Source: Mytilus californianus (taxonomy: Eukaryota). Taken from it: a stretch of DNA of 64,000 nt. Where the stretch lies: assembly GCF_021869535.1 (NCBI RefSeq), contig NW_026262582.1, positions 40,920,001 through 40,984,000 on the forward strand, in the 5' to 3' direction. How positions within the stretch are numbered: position 1 is the stretch's first letter; every line of letters starts with the position of its first letter. Shown in pieces: positions 24,746-37,900 of this stretch. A program made the translations under genes and the position numbers. The notes under the pieces were generated by a model. The model was not told where the DNA came from and made no database searches. It was given only the letters and a program-made list of their open reading frames with translations.

Positions 24746-26101
24746 AGAAATGCTCATGAACACAGAGATACTTTTGATAGGTACCCCAATAGGCTTTGAC
24801 TCGCAAATGAAAGTGTGTTGTAATAGTTTATTCAAATGTTAATCTCTGGCCTACAATGTAGAATCGGTGATTTTGGTCTCTGTTGGGGAGTTGTCTCATT
24901 AGCAATCATACCACATCTTCTTATTTTTATATTGTTATACCATTTAAGAGAGAAACAAATAATCTATCAACAATCTTAAACCCGTGTTGTTTTGCTCACA
25001 CCTTTTGTCTCTTATCCAAATGCACAAAGCAATCATTATCAACGACATGATGTTATACAATTTCCAAAAAAAATACGTCCTTTACAAATAATTTTTTTAA
25101 AAGAATAAAAATCAACCTATTCCATATCCTTATCTGTTTACAAAGAATGGCACTGAAAACTTATTTCAAGCGTTAACACAATGTTTCATGACATATAAGT
25201 CAGACATTTAACCTAACAGTGTCATATTTGTAAAAGTAAATTCGGAAAACCATTCGATAAGGAAAAATATAACGAGAGAGACATGAGAGATTTAAAAAAA
25301 TGTTTTAAACATACCATTGTATGTATCACGCACAAAATTTGTCGAAACCTGTCATGTTATGTCTTGAATAAATGCAAAACATTGTACTGACATACTCATC
25401 AAATTATAAGTTAAAATCCTGCAAAAATTAAGTGATCACGTGACAGGTACATTCGTGTCCCAATTTTATTCTCTTATGATATATTACACTTCAAGTTCGA
25501 TATTTGTAGTATTTGGTGGTCAGCATCAAAAAATAAAATAACATAATACCGAACTCCGAGGAAAATTCTAAACGGAAAGTCCCTTAGTAATTGGCAAAAT
25601 AAAATGCTCAAACACATTAAACGAATGGATAACAACTGTCATATTCCTGACTTGGTACAGGCATTTGCTTATGTAGAAAATGTTGGATTTTTCACAAAAG
25701 TGATACCTCCTTTTGTGTAATTTTTTGGCGAAAAAAACACTTAGTTTCAAAGTATAAAAAAGCGGCTAAAAAGAACCGACCAATACCAGATTCATAATAT
25801 CATTAGGCGTGATTTTTTTTATAGGCGTGTTTATGATCGGGTTGGTAACGTTAATGAAATGTTATTCTATATTTTGTAAATTATGCTTACAATTAATGCT
25901 AGGTTTCAATGTTTGGAAAACATAAGAAAATTTTCCAAACAATTCCATAATATGAGGTGAATAATAATAATATTTTAGCAATCATTATGTGACGTTTCAA
26001 TGATATGGATTAAAAACTGGAGGTGAAGTTGATTTCACATTATAAAGAATTTATTGGCCATAAAGTATATTGTATTGAAGTGCTTATCAAAAATGTTTAA
26101 G

Positions 26102-26362
26102 AAATAATTCCTTCATGTCATGTTCTATGCTCATTTTAACATGGGTATGCATTATATTTGTCGATATTTTACACTGAGCGTTAGCGAGGTTTGAAATATG
26201 ATCAAATATAATGCCTACCCATGTTAAAATGAGCATAGAGCATGACATGAAGGAATTATTTCGATTCTAATAGGACATATACCGTATTTTTATAGGTCGA
26301 AGCGAAATAATTCCTTCATGTCATGCTCTATGCTCATTTTAACATGGGTAGGCATTATATTT
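26102..26362. mobile_element. Three-arm fold-back element (Crypton-like)
   Basis: Three copies of a roughly 58-bp arm, oriented forward (26102-26160), reverse (26203-26261) and forward (26305-26362), with a central GAGCGTTAGCGAG motif. Confidence 0.7.
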
Positions 26363-27157
26363 AGCACTGAATATGTTTGACAATCGGGTGTTTTCGTTTC
26401 CTCCCCGTGGAGTCCGTACGTTACATTTTCATATCTAATAAGTCTAAAAACTAAAAGCAGGGTAAATATATGTTGTTTGATAAACAATATATCATAAGAG
26501 TTTATGTAAGCTGCTAAAATGTATATAGTTTTTATCAAATAACGATAATATAAACAGTAAATTTGTGCGGAATTGTCAAACATATTTAGTGCTAATTGGA
26601 ACACGGCTTTGTTTACAAAGCGTAATAAGATCGTCATACTAGAATCTTAAACAGAGTTAATCATTACATAATCACGAATCTTCTGTATTCCTATTTTTGT
26701 TTTGCATTTGTAGGAAAGAGCGTCCGATTAATAAATGTCTGGAATATTATTTAGTCAGATAGTTTACTAACAGCATTACATTGATTTACTATCTTCTATT
26801 TTCTTAATTAAACGTCTAAAAGCAGTGCTCAAAGGTTCCATTCCGTACAATTCAAGTGTTATTTTCCTCATTTCTTGTTCCTTCTACGAAATCTTCTTGA
26901 TTTAAAACTGACTGGTAGATTAGTACTTACAAATAAGGAAAGTAAATACTTTTCAGGACATATTTGCTGTGCCGACAACAATTGTATCTCTCCAGATAGT
27001 ATAAATGTAATTCCGGTTTTAAATTGCTGTTGTTTTTGTTTTACATTGTACTTGATAAATTTTCTTTTAATCGAATGAAATTCGGTTTATCTGAACATTC
27101 TAATCTCAATCTATTAATGAGGAATTAATTGAACGAATACATTAATTTATGCATTAC

Positions 27158-27191
27158 CTTGTTTAGTTTTTCCATTTCTTTCTCTTATTTC
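27158..27191 (-). CDS. Possible 34-bp micro-exon of the ankyrin gene (EIRERNGKTKQ+g)
   Basis: Acceptor TTGTCCTTGTCTTTACAG and donor AAG|GTAATG. It is open only as phase 0 to phase 1, which matches the phase-1 start of exon 8864-8961. Confidence 0.35.
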
Positions 27192-28027
27192 CTGTAAAGA
27201 CAAGGACAAATTACATTTTTTTTCACAAATGATAAGGCTCTTTTATTCTTTTTTGCGTGTTTTTCTTATTTTCTATTGCAAATGAACAGCTTCAAATGAA
27301 TAACAAAATTAGAATATGTTTTACAACAAAACTAACATGTGAAGAAAACAGACTTTTTTTTCATTTCAAATTTTGAATAAACACAACAAATTGTAAAAGA
27401 AATTACAGTGTAGGTAATAGGTTTCGATGGTCCCTCTATATAATATAAATATATTTAATGTAATAAAAAGGGAATGAGTGTCATTAAGAACATTTATGAA
27501 ATATGGTTGTCCAAAATGCTGCTTTTAATCTTTTGATTTTCATCAGTGCACATTTCATATAATTATGTTCAATAAAACAACACTCCTCCCATCATTAAAA
27601 AGAAAACAAAAGAGAAAAACATGATCAATTGAACATATTTTCATTGCGACATTTTACGTTGTAAATAATGAATAAATAGCTTTATTACAAAAGTATTGCT
27701 CTATTCTTTTTTTTTTAATCTGCCGAATTATTACAAAAATGTATATTCGGAATTTTAAAATGAAACGTACATAATAATTATCACAGGAGTGTTTTATCAA
27801 ACATAATTATATTATCTGTAATTGAACATGAAGATTTGATGTATTTCAATGTTGCTGAATCTATGATAACGGGAAAATCTGCGTGAGGGCGCAATTTATT
27901 TTAATAGTACATGTGTTTTTCCATTTAACAAAAATATCGCACGAAGATACTCTTAAAAGCACACGCGAGTTTACCTATGTTTGATGAGTGTTTCATGAGG
28001 GATATAGAGAAAGATATCGATCGATCG

Positions 28028-28160
28028 AGGGAGAGAGAGAGAGAGAGAGAGACAGATATAAATTTGATATTGCATCACGTCAGACAAACAAATACTAATA
28101 GACATACATGTTGAACATAACACTCCCCTGACAGACACACATACACATATACACACATAC
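28028..28160. repeat. (GA)n and (CA/TA)n microsatellites
   Basis: GAGA tract at about 28028-28052 and ACAC/ATAC tract at about 28134-28160. Confidence 0.8.
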
Positions 28161-28689
28161 AATTTACCTTCATTGATGCAAATCAAAATACAATTACTTT
28201 TTCAAACAGCCCATAAAATCTGTTTATATGTTCTTCTGTATATTTCTATGTAAACGAGGAGTGTAAGCTAAGTCAAAAGATAGTCACAACATAAAATTGT
28301 TTATTCAAATGATAAGATCTATTTGACATACTATAAATCATATCATATATTTGAGATAATTTCTATCCTACATCGTTTATCGTCGATTATTTACATAATA
28401 TATGCATCAAATTAAAAATGGTTAATTGTTGTTCTTTTTTTGAATTCTTGTCAACAAACTTTGATTTAAAAGGCACGAATTTATATTCAGAAGGAAGACT
28501 GAGAAACAGATCTTTTCAAAATTCATGCATTTGATTGACCTGCTTTGTTTTATTAGAAGACACTAGTGCATTAATTATCTCTAATAATTAAAAAATGGCG
28601 GTGCAACTCGTACACCATCTGTTATCTCTAATATATATATGAGGTAAAATAGTCAATAGTTGTTTTCCAATGATTTAATGTTATTTTGT

Positions 28690-28992
28690 AATAATTTAAT
28701 TTTGAATGTAACGCGTCTACTGATTGGCTGACGTTGTTTTGTTTATCAGCTCATAGACATAATTTTGTCATGTGACCGTGACGACATCAACGTTTTTTCA
28801 TGGTTTACTCCGGTTCAAAATGCAATTTAGAATTAAATTATAAGAAATGACTGTTATATTTCTGTCTATTCGAAATAACATAAAAAATGTGGTGCACACT
28901 TTTAAATAACCCGCTACGCGGGTTATTCAGTGTGCACCACATTTTTGATGTTATTTCTTCATAGACAGAAAAAATATTACAATCATTCCTTA
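28690..28992 (-). mobile_element. Fold-back element copy 2 (same family as 15599-15905)
   Basis: Reverse complement of 15599-15905, including the ATAACCCGCTACGCGGGTTAT centre. Confidence 0.8.
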
Positions 28993-29428
28993 AATGATAT
29001 ACAAAATAGCTACTGCTGTCATTGTACATGTTCTTACAAAGAAATATATGTGTTCAGTCAACGAGAAATGACGCAATGTAAAAAAAAATTAGAGTAAAGA
29101 CTAAGCCAAGACACATTGTTCAAGAAGCGTTGATTGTTTTTTATGCAAGGCGATACTTAATCTAGGACAAGTTTTTGGAAGTGGAGAGACAAATTAAACT
29201 AAAAAGTATTTATTTTCAAACACACTCTGAAATACCATTTTTTTCTTTCATTGTTTTAACAGGTATAAAAAAACATTTCGGAAGTTTTAATGACGCCATT
29301 GTGTAGAGTTCGGAGCAGCTGAGAGCACACGCTTTCTTATAGTGTTCATATTGTTGAGTCTTACATTTTCTATGCAGTTTTATCGTTGTTTTTCGTTTTT
29401 GTTTTTTTGCCTTGAATATTTTAGATTA

Positions 29429-29537
29429 TGGTTAGGTTTCGGGTAAGGGTTAGGGTTATGGTTAGAGTTAGGAATAGGGTTAGAGTTAAGGATTGGGTTA
29501 AGATTTTGGTTAGGGTTAGGGTTAGTGATAAGGTTAG
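29429..29537 (+). repeat. Degenerate interstitial (TTAGGG)n-like tract
   Basis: About 18 imperfect hexamers, for example GGTTAGGGTTATGGTTAGAG and GGTTAGGGTTAGGGTTAG. Confidence 0.7.
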
Positions 29538-31155
29538 ACTTACCCTGTCTTGTCTGTTTTGCTTTTAATTATGAGTTTGAATGTCCCGTTGGTATCTTTT
29601 TTTATGTTTTTTTTTATTATTAGCAAAGGGGTACGGGGAAAAATGAATACTAATCACAACACAATGCAATGCAAATGAAATTGTTATCAATTTATTTCGT
29701 TAGTTTTTCTTAATAAAAAGTTTGTGTTATAAGACAAATGATATAAGATGTTACTTATCAATTTCCACACAGCCTGTTAACTATCACAAGCTATGTTCAT
29801 AGCAAGATTGTTTTCTTCATCAGTGAACTAGTTCAAGCTGAAAGACATGAAAATAATGCATGGTAAGCCTTTGAAAACACTTCAGTAAAATAGTTTAAAT
29901 AATCTGTATACAATAGGTAAAGAACATTTATCAACAAGAAGCTTCCCAGCAGGCACTCAACGTTGAATAAACGTTGAAATGAGGTTGAAATGGTGATCAC
30001 CGTGTATTCAACGTTGACACAACGTAACATTTTCAACGGGGGGCGTATTGTTTGATACTGAATTTCTTGGAAAAAAATAAACTGCATTAATCATATCTCA
30101 CATAAAATTTATGAATAATTTCAACATAAGGATAACATGTTAAGAAATTTGAAATAATTGATTATTTATACTTGGGGTTATTTTTTATTTATATTTTCGC
30201 GGGATTTTAACAGGAAGTTAGTTACCCATGCGCATTACATATACCCGCTCTTTATCAAGTATCCTTATGGTTAGTAGATGTTTCTATGTGGCTATAATGG
30301 TTTTTCATATGTATAAATTGTATTAAGAAATGCTGAATTGGTATCAGTATTGCACAATCAGAGAAAAATATAACGTCAACAAATGTAGATAGTAGAACAC
30401 AGGGAAGGGCCATAGTGAACAATATAATATATAATTTCCACCAATTTTACTATTTTTAAGAGCATTTAAGGTGGAAAGCATATTTGTTTTCTCTTTAGGT
30501 AAAATTTGAGACATTGATACGCTTGAAGTGTCGGATAAGAAAAAGGGGGTGTACGCAAGAGCTTTACACTGGTAAATATGATCTGGTGTTCCCAACACGT
30601 ATACTATAGATATGTGTCTTCTTTTAGTTTAAGGTTAGGTAAACTGCATGCTTTTGTTGATTATAACCTATAAATTTGGACAGGACAACAAAATATTGAA
30701 CTATCATCATGATCATGTGCAGGAATTTAAAAATTAATAAAATGTGAAATTTATATTATTTTTATAATTACGTTAAATAATACCACAAAGTACAATTACT
30801 TCACGCTATGAGAAGGAAACTAGAATGTTCATTCATAACTTTTCACCTAATTAACCTATCTACAAAAGTCATTCTATTTTTAAAACAATAAATGCGCATG
30901 CTCGGACAACACAGCTGATCTCTCCGACGGCTCCAGAAAATTACTAGAAATTCATCATTTACGACCATTCTAAAGCATATCTATATATATACAGGGTGTA
31001 AAATACAACATTACATACATATAAAACAAATTTCCAGATAAAAAATCATCCAATTACGATTTTATGATTTTGACAACCGGCGGGGAAAATATCTCTTTGT
31101 GACAGTCCAAGTTCTGGTTAATCTCCATGTAAACAAACAACAATAGAGTGAACAC

Positions 31156-31932
31156 ATGAGTAGAAAACTTGAAAAATACATCGCAAAACAACCTCAATAT
31201 CCGGATGGGTTCCAATACAAAACCCCAATCCTAGTCTCGGACAGTAAAGGCTTTACGCTTAGAAACGCCTGCATAGAAAAGGAATTCCTACTTGAAACCT
31301 GGTGCAAATCAGGGGCTACAACGGAAGTACTCGTAGATCTTATTAAAAATAGAATTGAAAAATCCATCAAAAGACACCAACACGTTATAATTTACCTCTG
31401 GTCCGGTACATGCGACATCACCAAAAAAGAAAGGAGATATATCAAACTCAAATCTCACAGCAAAAAGTCAATTCAAACTATAGAAGAACAATACAATAGA
31501 GCAATTAATATTGTAAGCAAATACCAAAATGCAGAAATAAAATTCATTGACTGCCCATTACTCTCAATATCCAACTGGAACAAGTACAAAGGCCACAAGA
31601 ATCCAGAGACATATAAAGTTGAAGATTTCCTAGTTACTAAACAAATACAGGAATTGAATTACAAAATCTATCAAATCAACAATAAACTCAACAAAACATC
31701 AGTCAAAGTTAGCAAGTACTTCTTTAGAGGACAAAAGAGAAGGAAAGGACAAACGCGTAAATCAGTTAACCTTTCAATCAATAACAAGGACGGTATACAT
31801 CCAGGACGCCTGCTAAGTCTAGCTATCACCAAAACCATTCTACTAGACACATACATTGAATGTTTCAATATAGATCAGAATTCTGAATTATTACAAATCA
31901 GAGTGGAACAAGAAGAACTGAACACACCATAG
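31156..31932 (+). CDS. SGNH/GDSL-fold esterase-like ORF (probable retroelement ORF1), 258 aa
   Basis: Uninterrupted ORF with SGNH block I ILVSDSKG (Ser30), block II KSGATT, block III WSGTCD and block V DGIHP. Its A-rich sense strand resembles that of the downstream LINE. Confidence 0.75.
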   Translation: MSRKLEKYIAKQPQYPDGFQYKTPILVSDSKGFTLRNACIEKEFLLETWCKSGATTEVLVDLIKNRIEKSIKRHQHVIIYLWSGTCDITKKERRYIKLKSHSKKSIQTIEEQYNRAINIVSKYQNAEIKFIDCPLLSISNWNKYKGHKNPETYKVEDFLVTKQIQELNYKIYQINNKLNKTSVKVSKYFFRGQKRRKGQTRKSVNLSINNKDGIHPGRLLSLAITKTILLDTYIECFNIDQNSELLQIRVEQEELNTP

Positions 31933-32917
31933 CCAGAAATTATTAGTACTTCTGCTGATTAATATTCATAATATGTAAACGAGAATTGTACCACGTGATA
32001 ATAGTTTGAAATGGACTGGCTTGATATCATTAAAATCTTTAAAACACGGATATTATAAGTTGCCCGTTACAGAGTCCTTGTTTATAATCACTCTGATATT
32101 TCCGTAAAGTTGTCAGGCGGTCAAAATCAAAACAATGAACGCGAATTTAGTGCATTTTTCGTGTTTTCGTGAGTTTACTCTTCTTGAAATAGGGGCATTT
32201 TAACTTTACGTGGGAACCTAGAGTTCAACGACTACACATACAAGATTTGGACTTGCTTATTCTTTGGACATTCAAGTTTCAAGTTTCATCCCCGCAACCT
32301 GTTTTTGTAATGACCTTGTTAGCCAATTTTCAACACGAAGTTTGCAAATTTGACGTTTCAGCCATTTTAGCCTGTATTTTATACTGCAATGTTAAAAGCC
32401 TCCCGCTTCGATTTTTAAAATAGCTCAGGAACCTTGATTTTTGCAACGACAGTCATTATGTTTCGTTTAAATGGTGTATATTGTTGTGTATATTCATTTT
32501 CTGTCCCCGCAACCTGTCTATCACTTAAATTAAAGTTAAAACAGACATTTTTTTTCAAAATTCCCTATCATTTCAATATAATTTCCGTGACCCGTATCCA
32601 ATTTCTTTAGTATAATATTCAAATAAGCAAAGTGGTGTTGATTTCTGGATATGCTTTTCTAATCAACACCTTCATCTGCTTTAGAGAACAGAGGTGCCAG
32701 TGAACAGTCAAGACAAGTAGTAAAATTCTAGGTGAGTTTATCTTATCAGGTTTTACTACTTACCTTTTGTATTGGATCACTACCAAGCATCAACACTCAA
32801 ACTCATGTTTTCTCTTCCAGAAGTGGATAATAACTGATTGATCTAGAATACAAAGACTCAGTCTGGAGCTTCCTTCATCTAGTAAGTACCAATAGTATAA
32901 AATCTCATAGCAACAAA

Positions 32918-35900
32918 ATGTTCTACTATACTATCTTAATACTTACACTTATTATCTGGACAAGACAGGCTTTCATGGTACATCATATGAAATTAAATCC
33001 TAGCCATAAATACCAACATACTCACCAGGACTCTATTTACTCATACAACACCAGTAAAGGAGTAAATATATACTTAACGGAATGTCTAAGTAACCCAATT
33101 ACATCGACAGCTCAAACTTACCATTGGATAAAGAACAGTAAAAAACACATCCAATTGACTCGGTCAAAATACTCGATCGCCAGAGATAGGAGTTCACATA
33201 GACTCATTCTACTCTAACTAAGTGGCATAGAAACAAACCCAGGGCCAAGACGACCAAGATTTCCATGCACAATTTGTCAAAAAGCATGCAAATTAGAATC
33301 TATAGCCTGTGACGACTGTGACAAATGGACACATAGAAATTGCATTGGTATGTCTACAACAGAATACAGCAATTTAGGCAAGAGCGAAGACACATGGACA
33401 TGCCCATCATGCTCAAAACCCAACAACTCTTCGACAAAAGTGTATTTCATAATAAGTGGAGATGACAGCAAACATGCCTCCCTAATTATATCTACCAATC
33501 CATTATTGCTAGACAGTATATCTGATTCATCCATACCATCAACATCAGGATCAAGTATCAACTCACCATCTTTCAACACAACATCATTCAGTACAGATAA
33601 TCATATACCGATCATGACATCATCACCGAAACCAGCTAAAACGAAGCCAACCCCTAAAAAGCAATTAAGACTGCTGAACATCAACTTCCAGAGTCTGAGA
33701 AAAAAGGGTAAACTTCTCGAGGCAATTATAGAGTCAACTGAACCAGACATAATAATATGCACTGAAACATGGTTAGATCCAAACATAAAATCAAGTAAAA
33801 TTTTTCCAGATTCCCTAGAATATGACATCGAACAAAGAGACCGTCCCAAAGACCCACACGGAGGAGTACTGATAGCAGCCAAACAATCTTTACAATTAGG
33901 AAGCATAACAAGAAGCACAGAGATAGAACTATTAACTGGTACAATCACCCTAGAAGGAAAAAAGAAAATGCTTATTGGTGCATTTTATCGCCCTCCAGAT
34001 AAAACTGATGAGACCTACCTAAATAAAGTGAAGGACGAAATAAGTACCATCAAAACAGAACATCAAAAAAACATCTTCTTAATTGGTGGCGACTTCAACC
34101 TACCAGATATTAATTGGCAAGAACAGACCATCACACATAGACAGTACCCCACAAGAACCAGTCAAGCTTTTTTAGACACCGTAGCTGATAATGGATTAGA
34201 ACAAATTGTAGACTTCCCAACACGCAAAGAAAACACCTTGGACTTAATGCTTACATCCCATCCATCATTCAAACTAAGATGTAAACCTTTACCATCAATA
34301 GGAAACAGCGACCATGACATCGTCCTACTCGATATGGCATGTAAACCTCTAAAACCAAAACCAGTAAGAAGAAAGATATACTTATGGAAAAAAGTATATA
34401 AGATAAAGGAAGACCTGGAAACCTTCAAGACATCATTTAAAATCATCAGCTGTAAAACTGTAGAATCCATGTGGCAAAGCTTCAAATCAGAAATCCAATA
34501 AACCATTGAGAAGCGAGTACCAACAAAAATGACTCAATGAGGACACACTCACCCTTGGATGAACACAACAATAAGACGTAAGACCAACCAAAAACAAAAG
34601 GCACACAAGAAAGCTATTAAAACTATTAAGAAAAGAGACCAAGACAGATACAAGAGACTTAGACAAGAAGTACAATGGGAAATCAGACAAGCCAACAAGA
34701 AGTCAACTCCAATTACAAGGACAACTCTAAGAAATTCTGGTCCTATATTAAAGGCAAAGGACAGGAATGGACAGGAGTAGCACCATTAAAGAACAAAATG
34801 GGATTCCTCTAAAGCGATAACAAGAACAAAGCTAACATCCTTAACGACCAATTCCAGTCTGTATTCACAAAAGAAAACCTTAACAACTTCCCCAATAAAG
34901 TAAAAAGTCCATATACCACCATGGCAGATATACAATTCAATGAAAAAGGAGTTCACAAATTATTGAAGAACCTAAAACCACATAAGGCAACTGGACCAGA
35001 TGCTATACCATCCTGTATACTAAAGACAGCAGCAGACCAACTTGCTCCAATTCTTACAGAACTGTACCAAGCATCCCTCAACACCGGAGAAGTCCCTCAA
35101 GATTGGAAAGATGCAAATGTAGTCCCACTCTTCAAAAAGGATGAAAAACATTAAGCATCAAACTACAGACCTGTTTCACTTACCTCCATTACATGCAAAG
35201 TCCTAGAACACATTGTACACAGCAGCGTAATGGACCACTTTGACAAATACAAAATTCTTACAAACGCACAACATTGATTCCGCAAACGACGATCTTGCGA
35301 ATCCAAACTTATCATCACAATTCATGATATTGCATCGAAATTCAAAAATGTAACAGCGAAGTAGATATCATCCTACTAGATTTCGCAAAAGCGTTTGATA
35401 AAGTGCCACAAAATCGCCTACTACATAAACTTGAGTATTACGGAGTAAACCCTAAAACAAACAAGTGGATAAGATCATTCCTACAAAACAGAAGGTAAAG
35501 CGTTATCCTAGAGGGAGCAGTCTCGGAACAGGTACCAGTACTCTCTGGTGTACCTCAAGGCACAGTTCCTGGACCCTTGCTGTTCCTGGCCTACATAAAC
35601 GACATGCCAGAAACAGCAACATCATCAGAGACCAAACTATTTGCGGACGACAGCCTCCTCTACAGAACAATAAGCAACCAAGCAGAAAACGACCTACTAC
35701 AGAAAGACCTAACATCATTAGAGGACTGGGGGAAAAAATGGCAAATGAGCTTCAATGCGAAAAAATGCATTGTAATGCAAATACAATCCAAGAACCGTCC
35801 AGTTATACCAACTAATTACAAACTACATGGACACACACTAGACACCATTGAAGCCAGCAAATACCTGGGAGTAAGAATCAGTGATAACCTAACCTGGGAC

Positions 35901-36455
35901 AGACATATTGACAATATAGTGGGTAAAGGCAACAAAACACTAGGCTTCATAAGAAGAAACTTAAAAGATTGCACTAAACCGGTTAAAGCAGCAGCATATT
36001 CAACAATAGTAAGACCTTCAGTTGAATATGCATGCACTGTATGGGACCCAACAAAACAGACTAAAATAAAGGCAATTGAACAAGTACAAAAAAGAGCAGC
36101 CAGATTTGTCAACAACAACTATACAGGCCGCACACCTAGCTGTGTAACAAATATGGTAAAATCATTTAAATGGGAAAGACTTGAAGACCGCAGGAAACAA
36201 AATAGGCTATGCATGCTGTTCAAAATACAACACGATCTAATCGACATAGATCGGAACCAATATCTGACGCCAAACGATAGCCGGACCAGAGGTAAAAACC
36301 GATTCTACCAAGAAAGGGCCACAACAGACGCCTTCGGCCAATCCTTCTTTCTAAGGACCATCAGGGACTGGAACCAACTGCCAACATCAGCGACAGCAGC
36401 AGACACAGTCGAAGGATTCAGAGCTGCCCTGAAGGCATGCTCTGCTAAAGCCTAG
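32918..36455 (+). pseudogene. CR1-group LINE ORF2: hydrophobic leader, 2A-like motif, PHD finger, APE endonuclease, reverse transcriptase
   Basis: One frame runs from 32918 through a TAA at 33215 to LSGIETNPGP, then the PHD CTIC..C..C..W.H..C..W.CPSC. APE motifs: NINFQS, ETWL, GGV, YRPP, GDFN, LDL, SDH. RT motifs: NYRPVSLT, LDFAKAFDKV, GVPQGT, LFADD. About nine stops and frameshifts. Confidence 0.93.
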
Positions 36456-36624
36456 ACAGTAACATCCTGTACATAGTTTTATTTGTATATATATAGAGAA
36501 CGTTTTATATGTAAATAGCCATGAGAAAACTTTCTGTGCTGTCCGACACTGCGCAGAGTTTTCGTGGGACCTAATACATTCAGTTATTGAATCCGGTTCT
36601 TTACTTGGAAGAACAAGAAGAAGA
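36456..36624 (+). mobile_element. LINE 3' UTR and (GAA)n-like tail
   Basis: GAAGAACAAGAAGAAGA at 36608-36624, about 150 bp after the ORF2 stop. Confidence 0.65.
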
Positions 36625-36975
36625 CTGTCTGACCCTTATCTGATCTTCATGTGATCTTTGTGTAATACGAGAAATTAGGTTAACATAGCATGTGCGCACA
36701 ATCAATTATGACTACTTTAAAATCAACATGACCATGTGCCTTAATAGAAGTATTAAAAACAAAAAGACGACACAACTTTAAGTAAACAATAACAACAAAA
36801 GGACAATATTATATACATAAGAAACTTTTAGCAATATGTTTACTAAGAAAAATGACATTATCATATGCATGGCAGACACAAATTCAACAATATGTATTCT
36901 CTACAAAGACACTTATTTACTTGAAGGGTTAAGACAATTAAATATAATACAATAAAAAGAATAGGCTGATTTCAG

Positions 36976-37900
36976 AATAAAGGAGGTAGCCAAGATTGCG
37001 TTTAGCATAAATGAGAACTTACACAGTGAAAACTATCTTGACAATATTCGTAGACTTCGTATTCATGAAACATTATCATGTACTCGTCCTCAATGTGCAC
37101 TTAACCTGCCGCTGAAATTTAACTTAAAACAGACTTCCATAATCGTGAACATGTATTATCTATTTTACAGAAGTTTGTCAAACAAATCAATGGCTGAAAT
37201 GAATCTAAGTGGTGCAAAATCGAAATTCAGTTTTGGGAATTCCAATCTATAAAATCATCAAAGGAAGGTTTTTTGTGTTCCTTGTTAAATACGGGCGAAT
37301 CATGCGCTCATGGCGCAGTTCTTTATTTAATGATGATTATAATAATAATTAATAATTCTTTATTTAAAGAGGGTTACGCAGTTAGTTACATGTACAAAAC
37401 TAATCTTCCCTGAGGCCCTCATGAAATACATTGAAACATAACAAATAAAGAATTACAAAATAATCGAATAAACACACACATAAGAAAAATGTTAATGGAC
37501 TTGTGCAGTTATCAATTAAAAAACGTGAAAGGTAAAGTGTTTTCGGGGTAATCAATAACAAAATCAAACCTGCAATTTTACAAATCTCGGGTAGCTTCTT
37601 CATTTAATATAAAAAAAAACTACCAATAGTAAATATTTATGTATTTCTTTTATTTCCCATATTTTTTTTATTAACGATTAGCTTATTTCTTTATGTGCTC
37701 ATGCCATTATGGTTTTATTTTTCATTGCTTCTTGATGATATCTAGAAACAAATTTAAGGTGGCTGAAGTTTAGGACATACAATTTATAGTTATTATCATC
37801 TTATCTTTTCTAGAGGTTAAATATACTGCAAAAGTATGAAGATGTCACTGAGAAACAAATATCTGATAAAGACTCCTCCTGCTTGAAGTCTGCCGTGTTT
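36976..37900 (+). pseudogene. Possible remnant of the CMC accessory gene (DUF4806-like)
   Basis: Open frame 36976-37249 ending RSLSNKSMAEMNLSGAKSKFSFGNSNL, plus a segment at about 37815-37895, LQKYEDVTEKQISDKDSSCLKSA. Both resemble C-termini of animal CACTA-associated proteins. The assignment is from recall and weak. Confidence 0.35.

Noticed and set aside
26860-27090. Open minus-strand frame (..FKTGITFILSGEIQLL..) as an ANK-gene exon
   Set aside because: The only good acceptor puts the phase-compatible frame into a stop after 16 codons.
31156-31932. Idea that the intact SGNH ORF proves domestication
   Set aside because: ORF2 has about 9 lesions in about 1180 codons, so about 2 are expected in 258 codons and zero is not significant. 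ORF2 itself has open runs of 383 and 292 codons.
33277-36118. Minus-strand ORFs over the LINE
   Set aside because: Antisense shadows of an A-rich coding strand, with no recognisable domains.
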